DNA of 64,000 nt from Gemmatimonas sp. (lineage in GTDB: Bacteria > Gemmatimonadota > Gemmatimonadetes > Gemmatimonadales > Gemmatimonadaceae). Shown here piece by piece: positions 49,534-59,011 of this stretch. The first letter of the stretch is position 1; every line of letters begins with the position of its first letter. The notes under the pieces are model-generated. The model saw only the letters and a program-made list of their open reading frames with translations, was not told the origin of the DNA and did no database searches. The stretch lies in assembly GCA_965279375.1 (NCBI GenBank), contig OZ257156.1:4480001-4544000 (forward strand), written 5' to 3'. Position numbers and translations under genes: made by a program.

Positions 49534-50169
49534 CTACTTCGTGCTGGTGGGCTCCACCCAGAGCTTGGGATACAGCTTCTTCAGCTCGTCGAGCTTGGGC
49601 AGATCGTTGTACACGATGTACGGCTGCGTGAGGTGCTGCGGGAGATAGTTCTGATGATACGCTTCCGCCATGTAGAACGCTTTGAGCGGCGCAACCTGGG
49701 TGACGATCGCGCGCGAGAACTTCTTGGATGCGCTCAGGCCAGCGATGAAGGCGGTCGTGGCCTTCGCCTGCTCGGGGGAGTTGGTGAAGATCGCGGAGCG
49801 GTACTGCGTGCCGACGTCCGGCCCCTGGCGATTGAGCTGCGTGGGGTCATGCGCCACGGTGAAGAACACCTCCAGCAACGTCGCGTACGACACCACGGCG
49901 GGATCGAAGGTGATCTTGACCGCTTCCGCGTGCCCCGTGTCGCCGTCGCTCACCCGCTCGTACGATGGGTTCACCACCGTACCGCCGGCGTAGCCCGAGA
50001 CGACGTTCGTCACGCCTTTCACGTGCTCGAACACCGCTTCCACACCCCAGAAGCAACCGCCCGCGAACACCGCGGTCTCCGTTGCGCGAGGTGCCGACGC
50101 GTTGGCGTTCGTCGAGAACGGTAGCGCCAAAAGCAGAGCGCCGGTGAGTGTCACGAGTGAGCGAACCAT
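49534..50169 (-). CDS. msrA: Peptide-methionine (S)-S-oxide reductase, exported
   Basis: FAGGCFWGVE, GYAGG, GHAE, HDPTQLNRQGPDVGTQYRS, AEAYHQNY. Confidence 0.97.
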   Translation of the reverse strand: MVRSLVTLTGALLLALPFSTNANASAPRATETAVFAGGCFWGVEAVFEHVKGVTNVVSGYAGGTVVNPSYERVSDGDTGHAEAVKITFDPAVVSYATLLEVFFTVAHDPTQLNRQGPDVGTQYRSAIFTNSPEQAKATTAFIAGLSASKKFSRAIVTQVAPLKAFYMAEAYHQNYLPQHLTQPYIVYNDLPKLDELKKLYPKLWVEPTSTK

Positions 50170-50281
50170 CGAAGACTCCAGCGAGATGGCGAGTACGAAC
50201 TTACAGCGATTGTTGAACATATCCGAAGCGGCCCACGAAGTTCCCGCAGGCGACGACAGAGGGATCGGTTGCGGACGCGCG

Positions 50282-52318
50282 TTACGGCCGCGCGCGCCCA
50301 GTCGCACGATATCCTGCGCGGTACAGCGGGTTGCGACTGTCACTCGGCAGATCGGAGCGCTGTCCGCGCACGGCGTCCATCGACGAGGGCAGTTCGAATG
50401 GCAGCCGACCGGTGGGGAGCACTTTCCCTTCGAGGGCGTCGAAGAGCGCGTCGTCGCTGCTGCCGAAGTCGCCGATGAGCGTCTCCGCCAACGGCTTGAG
50501 CGCCGTCAGAATGGCCGGTCGATCGAGATACACGACGATGATCGTGCGCTTCTTCGCGGCCACGGCCGCTACCTTCGCGAGCGTCGAATCGGCGGCCTTG
50601 AAGTCGAGATCGCCCTCGTGCTGCATGCGGCCAAAGAAGAACGTGGGGTGAAGCGTCTGAAACGGAGCCGCCACACGTACGACCGCGATGTCCGCCCGCT
50701 CCGGAGTGGTCGCCACGCGATAGCCGCGCGCGCGGACCACGGCCGTGTCGATCCCGTGCACGTAGAGCGCACTTCCGCGCTTGGGAAGCATGCGCGCACC
50801 GCCCGCGTGCTCGAGCACCACCAACGCCCGCGCCTGCGTCTGCGCTGCCTCGCGATGATGCGCCGGCTGGGAGATGATTCGCACGGCCGCGGCGTCGTCC
50901 ACGATCGGATTCTCGAAGAGCCCGAGCGAGAACTTGAGCGCCAGCACGTGCGCTACCGCCTCATCGAGGCGCGTCTGCGGCAGCAGGCCGCCGCGCACCG
51001 CCGCCACGAAGGGCGCGCCGTCGTCCACGCCGCCAAACTGATCGATGCCTGCTCGCATCCCCTTCGCGAACCGCTGCGTGACACTCAGCGATTCCACGCC
51101 CCACGGCATGGCGATGTCCTGCGGCTCCATCGGTGGTGTACCGGTCTGACAGGCCGTGTTGCAGTCACGCGTGATGGCCCAGTCGGAGACGACGAGGCCG
51201 CGAAACGCATAGCGCCCGCGCAGCAGCGTCGTCAGCAACTGTGCGTTAAAGCCCGCTCCCACACCTTCCAGCGGCGCGCCATCCACCGTCACGCCCTGCA
51301 GGATGTCATACGTGGGCATGACACCGGCGACGTTCGCGGCAAACGCACCGAGGAACGGCGCGATGTGCGTCTGCAGCGAGGCGTCCGTGAGCTTCGCGAC
51401 GCTGCCATAGCGATTGTGTCCATCGAGTCCTTCCACGCCGGCACCGTAGCCCACCCAGTGCTTCACGACAGTGGCGACGCCATCACGCGTGACGCCGCTG
51501 GGCGCCCCCTGCATGCCCTCCACGTACGCACGCACGAGCGCACCCACGCGCACGGGATCGTCGCCGAAGGTGCCCGTGGCGCGCGCCCAGCGCGGATCCG
51601 TCGCGAGATCGGCCTGCGGCGAGAGTGCCATGTGCAACCCCACCGCGCGATACTCCTGCCGCACGATCGATGCGAAGCGGTTGAGTAACGCCGGATCATT
51701 CAGCGCACCGAAGCCCAACGCCTCGGGCCACTGCGAGAAACCGGAGGAAGCGACGCTCGCGCCACCGACCACCTGAAAGTGATTGCGCGGATCGCTGCTG
51801 ATCGTGAGTGGAATCCCCAGCCGTCCGCGTTCAGCGATGCGCTGCAACGCGTTGTTCTCTCTCGCGAACTCGGCTGGCGGCATCGACATGCGCGTGATCA
51901 GGCTCGTCACGGCGCCCTTCAGGATGATCGCCGTGGACCCATCGCGATCGTAGCTGGGGCCCGACGCCATCGGGCCACCGGCGATGGGCGCGGTTCCGTG
52001 GACGGCCGTACCCGCTTTCTCCTCGAGCGTCATCTGCGCGACGAGGTCCGCCGCGCGTGTCTGCACCGAAAGCCGCCAGTCCTCGTAGCGATCGAGCGTG
52101 CCGTTGCGGTTGAGGTCCCGGAAACGCAGGCCGCCGACCGTCAGGATCGGGATCGCGCCCGTGGCGAGGGCCGGCTGTCGGGCCGCCGTCGTGCGAGGCG
52201 TCTGCGCCGACAGTTCGGCGTGCATGATGAACGGCAGCGTCAGCGCGACGACGCGCCCGATGCGGAGCTGCGCGCCGAGTGTCGCCGACGGCATCGCGGA
52301 GAATGAAGGATAAGTCAT
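50282..52318 (-). CDS. GH3 beta-glucosidase
   Basis: MTLEEKAG, RLGIP, SDPR, LSPQADL..DPRW.R, KHW, SDW, GRLPFELP. Confidence 0.92.
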   Translation of the reverse strand: MTYPSFSAMPSATLGAQLRIGRVVALTLPFIMHAELSAQTPRTTAARQPALATGAIPILTVGGLRFRDLNRNGTLDRYEDWRLSVQTRAADLVAQMTLEEKAGTAVHGTAPIAGGPMASGPSYDRDGSTAIILKGAVTSLITRMSMPPAEFARENNALQRIAERGRLGIPLTISSDPRNHFQVVGGASVASSGFSQWPEALGFGALNDPALLNRFASIVRQEYRAVGLHMALSPQADLATDPRWARATGTFGDDPVRVGALVRAYVEGMQGAPSGVTRDGVATVVKHWVGYGAGVEGLDGHNRYGSVAKLTDASLQTHIAPFLGAFAANVAGVMPTYDILQGVTVDGAPLEGVGAGFNAQLLTTLLRGRYAFRGLVVSDWAITRDCNTACQTGTPPMEPQDIAMPWGVESLSVTQRFAKGMRAGIDQFGGVDDGAPFVAAVRGGLLPQTRLDEAVAHVLALKFSLGLFENPIVDDAAAVRIISQPAHHREAAQTQARALVVLEHAGGARMLPKRGSALYVHGIDTAVVRARGYRVATTPERADIAVVRVAAPFQTLHPTFFFGRMQHEGDLDFKAADSTLAKVAAVAAKKRTIIVVYLDRPAILTALKPLAETLIGDFGSSDDALFDALEGKVLPTGRLPFELPSSMDAVRGQRSDLPSDSRNPLYRAGYRATGRARP

Positions 52319-52377
52319 GCGCGAAACGTGCAGAGTGCACTGGCCTCGCGAAATGGCGCGCGGCGTACTGTGCGGTG

Positions 52378-53835
52378 CTATTCCGCCGTGGGCGCCGTCG
52401 CGCCCGGCTCCTCGCGCGTCCTGCCGTAGCCGGTCAGGACGGAGAGTACGACCGCCGCCGCCAGCGCCCAGGCATAGGTGTTGTGCAGGCCGATTGCGCT
52501 CGCTGACAGCGCCGGCATTCCGAACTCCGCGCCGCTCCGACTCGCGCTGGCGGCGAGAATTGTCGGCAGGAAATACGGCAGCAGGAACGGCCACGTGCAG
52601 ACAGTCATGTCGAGCAGATTCGCTCGGCGGTACCCCGACACACCGAAACGCGCACCCGTCTGCCGCGCGAACTCGCCGACGGCCAGAATCGCGACGACGC
52701 TGTGCGTAGTCAGGAGGACCGCACCCGAGACGACCCCGACAATCCACCCTTCCGCGGCACGCGCCGACGCCGCGCGTCCCTGCGCCGCCCGCACCAGGCG
52801 ATCGAGTGCGTCGGTCGCCTGCAGCGTCCCGACGAGCGCCACCAGCAGCAAGGTGAACACGCTCACTCCCACGGCGTGCTGCATGCCGTCGACGATGATC
52901 CCCGTCGCCCCAAAGGTGCCAGGCGCGATGTGCAGCAAATCGCCGGGCGCGACGAGTCCGAGTAAGAGCGAGAGCAGCGTGGCCAGCGCGATGCCGAAGA
53001 GCAACGATTCGATCAGGTGCCGTTTGGCCAGCAACATGCCAATGACCACAGCCGGCGCGACCAGCAGCAGGAGCGCGATCGCGGGACTCGCTGAGGCGGT
53101 TGCATCACGCAGGACGGCCGTGGGTATGGAGGCCGGCATCTCCGCATTGCCCAGCAACAGCGACGCGACCAGCGCAACGGCGCCGGCGGGCAGCACATAC
53201 ACCAGACGACTCCGTACCGTCCCGCCGATGTCCACGTGCTGGCTGCCGCTCGATGCGATGGTTGTGTCGGACACGGGCGAGATGGAATCGCCGAAAGTTG
53301 CGCCAGCGAGAATGGCGCCCATCAGCGCGGCCGGCGGAGCGCCTGCGCCACCACCGGCGGGATAGAGCAGCGGTCCGCAGAGCAAGATCGTTCCGAAGCT
53401 CGTACCGGTGGACGTCGACACAACTACGCATGCGAGAAACGCGGCGGCCACGTAGCCGCCTCCCGTGAGATGCGCCGCGCGCGCGAGCCATGCCAGCGCT
53501 GCGACGAACCCTGCGGCACTGAGGACCGCCCCCAGCACGCCGGCAAAGAGCCACGCGCACAACATCACCATCACCACACGCTGGCTCATTCCATCGAGCA
53601 TCGCCTCCGCGTAACGCGACCGGTCACGCGCCAGCAGCAAGCCGAGTGTGAGGGCGGCGAGCAGAATCGGCCAGAACCCCTTTTCGTCCGGCGCACCGTT
53701 GAGCGCGAGCACGCCAACGCCCGCCAGAAAGAGCGCGAATGGCGCGAGCGCGCCAAACAGGCCACCCCAGAATTCCAGCGGTACGGTGAAATGGGGTTGG
53801 ACCGCGTCCGGAGTGCCGGTCGACGGAGCCGTCAT
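52378..53835 (-). CDS. NhaC-family (IT superfamily) transporter
   Basis: STGTSFGT, GATFGDSISPVSDTTIASS; many TM helices. Confidence 0.85.
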   Translation of the reverse strand: MTAPSTGTPDAVQPHFTVPLEFWGGLFGALAPFALFLAGVGVLALNGAPDEKGFWPILLAALTLGLLLARDRSRYAEAMLDGMSQRVVMVMLCAWLFAGVLGAVLSAAGFVAALAWLARAAHLTGGGYVAAAFLACVVVSTSTGTSFGTILLCGPLLYPAGGGAGAPPAALMGAILAGATFGDSISPVSDTTIASSGSQHVDIGGTVRSRLVYVLPAGAVALVASLLLGNAEMPASIPTAVLRDATASASPAIALLLLVAPAVVIGMLLAKRHLIESLLFGIALATLLSLLLGLVAPGDLLHIAPGTFGATGIIVDGMQHAVGVSVFTLLLVALVGTLQATDALDRLVRAAQGRAASARAAEGWIVGVVSGAVLLTTHSVVAILAVGEFARQTGARFGVSGYRRANLLDMTVCTWPFLLPYFLPTILAASASRSGAEFGMPALSASAIGLHNTYAWALAAAVVLSVLTGYGRTREEPGATAPTAE

Positions 53836-53893
53836 CGGGAGAGAAGCTTGGACATATGGCCACGCAAGGTCGTGCACAGCTATCGTTCGCGCC

Positions 53894-54319
53894 ATGCCAA
53901 CCGGGACCTCAACCGAATCGTCGGCCGCCATCCCGACGCCTGACGAGCAGTCGTCCAGCGACGCGTTCACGCTCTTCGACCTGCGCGTGGAGGTGATCGC
54001 CACCGAGCGGCCGATGGTGTGCAATCATCAAGCGGGCGATTGGTTCACGCTGCGTGGCGAGAACCTCGAGTTTCCGCCGGGTCAGACGTTTCCGCTCTAT
54101 CCGCTGGCGGCGCTGCTTCCGCTGCTCCCGGCCAAGCAGCGTCCCACGCACCCCAACGACTGGATGACAACCGATGCAGAAATCGCCTGCCCGGATCCGC
54201 ACTGCGGCGGCCGCTTTCGCATCTCCCGAATCGGAACATCCACCTTTCGCCACGCCGATGTGACCGTGGTGCCGTTACCGACCGCGCCGCACGATCGCGC
54301 CGACGCATCGCCTTCGTGA
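53894..54319 (+). CDS. TIGR04076-like Cys-motif protein
   Basis: LFDLRVEV...CNH..GD.F...LPAKQR....NDWM.TD..IACPDPHCGGRFRI. Confidence 0.75.
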   Translation: MPTGTSTESSAAIPTPDEQSSSDAFTLFDLRVEVIATERPMVCNHQAGDWFTLRGENLEFPPGQTFPLYPLAALLPLLPAKQRPTHPNDWMTTDAEIACPDPHCGGRFRISRIGTSTFRHADVTVVPLPTAPHDRADASPS

Positions 54320-55374
54320 GCGACTCGACCGCGATGGAGACACGAGTGCTCGCGCCGGGCTACGAAATCCCCCGCGTGATCAAAGGCGGGTGGCAGCTGG
54401 CCGGCGGCCACGGCGACATCGACCACGCGCAGTCGCTGGCCGACATGACGGCCTTCGCCGAGTCCGGGATCACCGCGTTCGACTGTGCGGACATCTACAC
54501 GGGCGTGGAAGAGCGCATCGGCGCGTTCCTGGCGCAGTGGCGTGCCGCGCACGGCCCCAATGCTCCCGTCATTCGCGTGCACACCAAGTGCGTCCCCGAT
54601 CTCGATGCGCTGCCAACACTCTCGCGCGCGGACATCGAGCGCATCATCGATCGTTCGCTGCGCCGGCTCGGCGTTGAGACGCTCGATCTGGTGCAGTTTC
54701 ATTGGTGGGACTACGACATCCCGGGTGTGGAGGATGCCGCGCTACACCTGGCGGCGCTGCAGCGTGCGGGGAAGATCCGTCACCTCGGTCTGACCAACTT
54801 CGATACGGCGCACGTGCGGGCGCTGCTCGCGGCCGGTGTGCCTATCGTGTCGCATCAGGTGCAGCTCTCGCTGCTCGACCGGCGCGCGCTGGGCGACATG
54901 GCCACGCTGTGCGCGGCACACGGCATCGGTCTGCTGACGTACGGCGCCCTTGCTGGTGGCTTCTTCCACGAGCGCTGGATCGGCGCGAGTGAGCCCGCGC
55001 CACCATTCGAGAATCGGTCGCTGGTGAAGTACAAGCTGATCATCGACGACTTTGGCGGCTGGGGCGCGTTTCAATCGCTGTTGGGCGCCTTGCAGATCAT
55101 GGCGCGGGCGCACGGCACCACAGTAGGCGCGATCGCACTGCGCACCGTACTGGATGAACAGGCCGTCACGGCCGCCATCGTGGGTGCACGACACGCGGGA
55201 CATCTCGCGGCCACACTCGCCGCGCTGCGTGTACGCCTGACCGACGCGGAGCGTACCACGCTGCGACATCTGATCGACGCGGCACCCGGACCGTCGGGAG
55301 ACGTCTACACGCTCGAACGCGAAAAGGGCGGCCGACACGCGTCGATCATGCGTTACAACCTGAATACCAAATAG
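54316..55374 (+). CDS. Aldo/keto reductase
   Basis: GGWQL, FDCADIY, HTK, LDLVQFHWW, GKIRHLGLTNF; GTGA overlap with the upstream gene. Confidence 0.9.
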   Translation: MSDSTAMETRVLAPGYEIPRVIKGGWQLAGGHGDIDHAQSLADMTAFAESGITAFDCADIYTGVEERIGAFLAQWRAAHGPNAPVIRVHTKCVPDLDALPTLSRADIERIIDRSLRRLGVETLDLVQFHWWDYDIPGVEDAALHLAALQRAGKIRHLGLTNFDTAHVRALLAAGVPIVSHQVQLSLLDRRALGDMATLCAAHGIGLLTYGALAGGFFHERWIGASEPAPPFENRSLVKYKLIIDDFGGWGAFQSLLGALQIMARAHGTTVGAIALRTVLDEQAVTAAIVGARHAGHLAATLAALRVRLTDAERTTLRHLIDAAPGPSGDVYTLEREKGGRHASIMRYNLNTK

Positions 55375-55402
55375 GCCGAGCGCGCACCGACGCGCGCGAC
55401 GG

Positions 55403-56020
55403 TCACTTGGCTCCGAGCAGCTTGAGCTTGACCGCGTTCGTCAGCTCGTTTTCCAGCCGGCCCGTTGAGCCGCAATCCACTGGCGCCGTCGAGCTGCCGG
55501 CCATGCTGCGCGACGTCGCGGTCAGCAGCGTCTGCAGCTCCGTGCGTTCGGCGCCGGCCGCCACCGCGGTGACGGTGACCGAAAGAACCACGCGGTCGCG
55601 GTTGGCTCGCAGCCCGGTCATGTCGCTGCCGCATTCGACGTAGCTCGACAGCGCGACCTTCCCCAGTCGTCCGGTACGCTGGATGCCCGGGTGAAATGCG
55701 CGACGCTTGGCCGGGTCGAGCACCGGCGTGGCGAAGCCGGCCTCTTCCAGAACTCCGCCAAGCGTTGCGTAGACACGATCGACGGGCGCGTCGACGGTGG
55801 CGCGTGAGGCATCGGAGGCGACCGTCTGGATGCGTCCCTGCTCGGTGGTCATGAGCGTGCGCATTGCGGGAGCCGCGGCAGGTGCGGGGCCGGCGCCACC
55901 GCAGCCGGCGATCGCCGAGAGGGCAAGCGAGGACAGTCCAAGCGCGACGGCGCGGGATACCCCGCGGCCTGCCTTCGTTGCGATTCGCGATGAACGGCAC
56001 GTCGAACTGAGAATTCTCAT
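55403..56020 (-). CDS. Hypothetical lipoprotein
   Basis: Lipobox IAGC; two further Cys (VECG, VDCGSTG). Confidence 0.65.
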   Translation of the reverse strand: MRILSSTCRSSRIATKAGRGVSRAVALGLSSLALSAIAGCGGAGPAPAAAPAMRTLMTTEQGRIQTVASDASRATVDAPVDRVYATLGGVLEEAGFATPVLDPAKRRAFHPGIQRTGRLGKVALSSYVECGSDMTGLRANRDRVVLSVTVTAVAAGAERTELQTLLTATSRSMAGSSTAPVDCGSTGRLENELTNAVKLKLLGAK

Positions 56021-56078
56021 GCGCGGTGCCCCATGCGGTTGGTTGCCAACGTGTCGCCTGTTGCACATACTCTGGTCC

Positions 56079-57047
56079 ATGCTTGTCGCTTCGGCAACTC
56101 CCTCCGACGAACGCGCGTCCTCGCTTCTTCGCGTTGCGATTATTGCGTTCTATGTGCACTTCGCGCTGAGCGCCTTCTCCGGCATCGCGTTCGCGACGTT
56201 TCTCGTCCCGCCAATCCCCGCGTGGTTTACCACGCCGTCGAACGCCAAGATCATGGCGTTCAGCTTCACGTGGGGCGGTCAGATGACGGTGGTGATCGGC
56301 GCGGTGTCGGGGCTGGCGTTCCTCATCTGGGCCGTGGGACAACGACTCGCGCTGCTCGCCTTCGTTGTGAGCTTCGTGGTCTCGCTTGGCGCGGAACTCG
56401 CCGGCACAGCGACCGGGCTCCCGTTTGGTCCGTATTCCTACACCACGCAGCTCGGGTATCTGATAGCGGGGCTGGTCCCATTCAACATCCCCACGTCGTG
56501 GTTCTACATGCTCGTCGCGTGTCTGGGCATGTGCGGACGGTTTCTGCCCGCGAAGGATGACAGCACCAGTCGTTGGTGGTGGGCCTTCATCGGCGGCGTT
56601 GTTCTCACGGCGTGGGACGTGTCGATGGACCCGGCGATGGTGAAGACCACGCACTGGCTCTGGCACAACGCCGACCTGAGCAATGCGCCGTGGTATGTGC
56701 AGCTCCTCGGCACGGGCTACTACTTCCAGATGCCGCTCACCAATCTGCTGGGCTGGCTTCTCACGGGTATCATCGTCGCGCGCCTGATGCTGGCGATCAT
56801 TCCGCCGACGCTTTGGGCGACGCGCGTTTCGCCGCACCGCTTTCCGATGGCGCTGTACGTGGCGAACGGCATCCTGCCCATCATGATCTGCTTCCGCTGG
56901 AACATGGTGCTCGCCGGAGTGCTTGGTACGATAGCCATGGGGATTCCGCTGTACGCGGCCTGGCGTGCCGAACCTCGGGTCGCGCGCCTTGGTCTCTCTC
57001 CTCTTCGTACCTCCCGCGTAGACAGCATTGCCCTCACCGGTGACTGA
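56079..57047 (+). CDS. cruF: Carotenoid biosynthesis membrane protein, CruF/DUF422 family (carotenoid 1,2-hydratase-like)
   Basis: E..G..TG.PFG.YSY...LG, VP..IP.SW, AWDVSMDP, MPLTNLLGW; close to crtI. Confidence 0.8.
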   Translation: MLVASATPSDERASSLLRVAIIAFYVHFALSAFSGIAFATFLVPPIPAWFTTPSNAKIMAFSFTWGGQMTVVIGAVSGLAFLIWAVGQRLALLAFVVSFVVSLGAELAGTATGLPFGPYSYTTQLGYLIAGLVPFNIPTSWFYMLVACLGMCGRFLPAKDDSTSRWWWAFIGGVVLTAWDVSMDPAMVKTTHWLWHNADLSNAPWYVQLLGTGYYFQMPLTNLLGWLLTGIIVARLMLAIIPPTLWATRVSPHRFPMALYVANGILPIMICFRWNMVLAGVLGTIAMGIPLYAAWRAEPRVARLGLSPLRTSRVDSIALTGD

Positions 57048-57438
57048 CCCGCGCCACAAGGCGCGCGCGTCGAAAAAGAAAGCCGCTCCGCGCTCGCAAG
57101 ACGCGTCGAGTCGCGTGCAACGGGCTCCGTCGGAACACGAGCGCTTCGGTCGTCAGCAGATGTCACGGCTCGGCGACGCGCTGGCCTCCGATGGCATGAT
57201 CGTTTTCATGCTGGCAGTCGTCCTCATCGAGGCGACGGCCCTCTTGTGGTGGCATCGCACGACCTCCAAGGGTCCCGATCCGATCGAACTGATGTCGTTC
57301 ATGGGCGCAGGTGCGTCGCTGATGACGGCGATGTTCTTCGTCAAGCGAATCAAGAAGTCGGCGCTTCCCTTCGCCACGGCGCTGCTCTCCGCCCTCGTTT
57401 TTCACATCTGGCACATGGCGCTCCTCTGGGCGCGCTGA
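57040..57438 (+). CDS. Small membrane protein between cruF and crtI (start 57040 or 57160)
   Basis: Three hydrophobic helices with intramembrane Glu and His (IEATAL; FHIWH). Confidence 0.65.
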   Translation: MTDPRHKARASKKKAAPRSQDASSRVQRAPSEHERFGRQQMSRLGDALASDGMIVFMLAVVLIEATALLWWHRTTSKGPDPIELMSFMGAGASLMTAMFFVKRIKKSALPFATALLSALVFHIWHMALLWAR

Positions 57439-57492
57439 TGTCGCAGCGGTGCGTTTCGCGCTGCGGCACCATGTGCATTTCGGCATTTCGTC

Positions 57493-58971
57493 ATGCGTAG
57501 CATCGTCATCGGCAGTGGATTCGGCGGACTGGCAGCAGCCATCCGCATGCAGGCGAATGGGCATCAGGTCACCATCGTCGAAAAGCTCGATCAGCCCGGC
57601 GGGCGCGCGCGCGTTTTCAAACAAGATGGCTTCACCTTCGATGCCGGCCCGACGATCATCACCGCCCCCTGGGTGATCGACGAGCTGTTCGAGCTGTCGG
57701 GGAAGAAGCGTTCGGATTACGTACAGCTCGTGCCGCTCGACCCGTTCTACAACATCCGCTTCGAAGACGGCACCGTCTTTCACTACAACGGTGACAAGGC
57801 GATGCAGCTCAAGCAGATCCGCGAGTTCGGCGGCGACAAGGATGTCGCCGGCTACGAGCGCCTGCTCAAGAGCATCGAACCGATCTACAACGTGGGAATG
57901 GCGCTGCTCGACAAGCCGTTTCTCACCCTTGGCTCGCTGCTGCGTGTCATCCCCGACCTGGTACGTCTACGCGCCGATCGTTCGGTCGCGGCGCACGTCA
58001 ATCGCTACATCTCCGACGACCGCCTGCGCCGCACCTTCTCGTTTCATCCGCTGTTGGTGGGTGGCAATCCGTACAGCACGTCGTCGGTCTATGCGCTCAT
58101 TCATCGCCTAGAGCAGCAGTGGGGCGTGCTCTTTGCGATGGGCGGCACCGGCGCGCTTGTCCGTGGCCTGGTGAAGCTGTTCGAGGATATCGGCGGGACC
58201 GTGCGGCTGAGCAGCGAAGTGGCCGAGATCGAAGTCGATCGCAACACGAAGCGGGCGACCGGCGTGCGCCTGGTGGACGGTGAGCGTCTCACCGCCGATG
58301 CCGTGATCTGCAACGGCGATCTCGCCGAAGGCTATCGCCGACTGGTGCCGGCGTGGGCGCGTCCGAGCATGACCGATACGCGCATCGCGAACTACCGGCA
58401 TTCGATGTCGCTGTTCGTCATCTACTTCGGCACGAACAAGCTCTACCCGGGCACCGCGCACCACGAAATCATCCTCGGCAAGCGCTACAAGGAACTGCTC
58501 GAAGATGTCTTCGAGAAGAAGCTGCTGTCGGATGATTTCTCGCTCTATCTGCATCGGCCCACGGCGACGGATCCGTCGCTGGCGCCGCCGGGGCACGATT
58601 GCTGGTACGTGCTCTCACCGGTGCCGCATCTCGGTGGCGGCGCCGACTGGGAGAAGGTCGGGCAGCGCTATCGCGACCTGATTATGCAGTACCTCGAGGA
58701 TCGCTATCTGCCCGGGCTGCAGTCGCACATCGTGACCGAGCGTCGCATCGATCCGCGCTACTTCCAGGACACGCTCAACAGCTACAACGGCAGCGCGTTC
58801 GGCATCGAGCCGACGCTCATGCAGTCGGCGTACATGCGCCCGCACAACAAGAGCCCGGACATTGGCAATCTGTATTTCTGCGGCGCGGGCACGCACCCGG
58901 GTGCCGGCCTGCCCGGCGTGATTTCGTCGGGCAAGATCGTCGCCGATCTCATGGGCAAGGCCACGCGCTAG
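57493..58971 (+). CDS. crtI: Phytoene desaturase family protein
   Basis: IVIGSGFGGLAAAIR, PGGRA, FDAGPT, SFHPLLVGGNP, SLYLH.P..TDPSLAPPG, GAGTHPGAGLPGV. Confidence 0.94.
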   Translation: MRSIVIGSGFGGLAAAIRMQANGHQVTIVEKLDQPGGRARVFKQDGFTFDAGPTIITAPWVIDELFELSGKKRSDYVQLVPLDPFYNIRFEDGTVFHYNGDKAMQLKQIREFGGDKDVAGYERLLKSIEPIYNVGMALLDKPFLTLGSLLRVIPDLVRLRADRSVAAHVNRYISDDRLRRTFSFHPLLVGGNPYSTSSVYALIHRLEQQWGVLFAMGGTGALVRGLVKLFEDIGGTVRLSSEVAEIEVDRNTKRATGVRLVDGERLTADAVICNGDLAEGYRRLVPAWARPSMTDTRIANYRHSMSLFVIYFGTNKLYPGTAHHEIILGKRYKELLEDVFEKKLLSDDFSLYLHRPTATDPSLAPPGHDCWYVLSPVPHLGGGADWEKVGQRYRDLIMQYLEDRYLPGLQSHIVTERRIDPRYFQDTLNSYNGSAFGIEPTLMQSAYMRPHNKSPDIGNLYFCGAGTHPGAGLPGVISSGKIVADLMGKATR

Positions 58972-59011
58972 CCGAGTGTTAGCCACGCGCTAACCGCGCA
59001 TTACAGCGAGA

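Noticed and set aside
56052..56069. PpsR/CrtJ site upstream of cruF
   Set aside because: The spacing is TGT-N10-ACA rather than TGT-N12-ACA.
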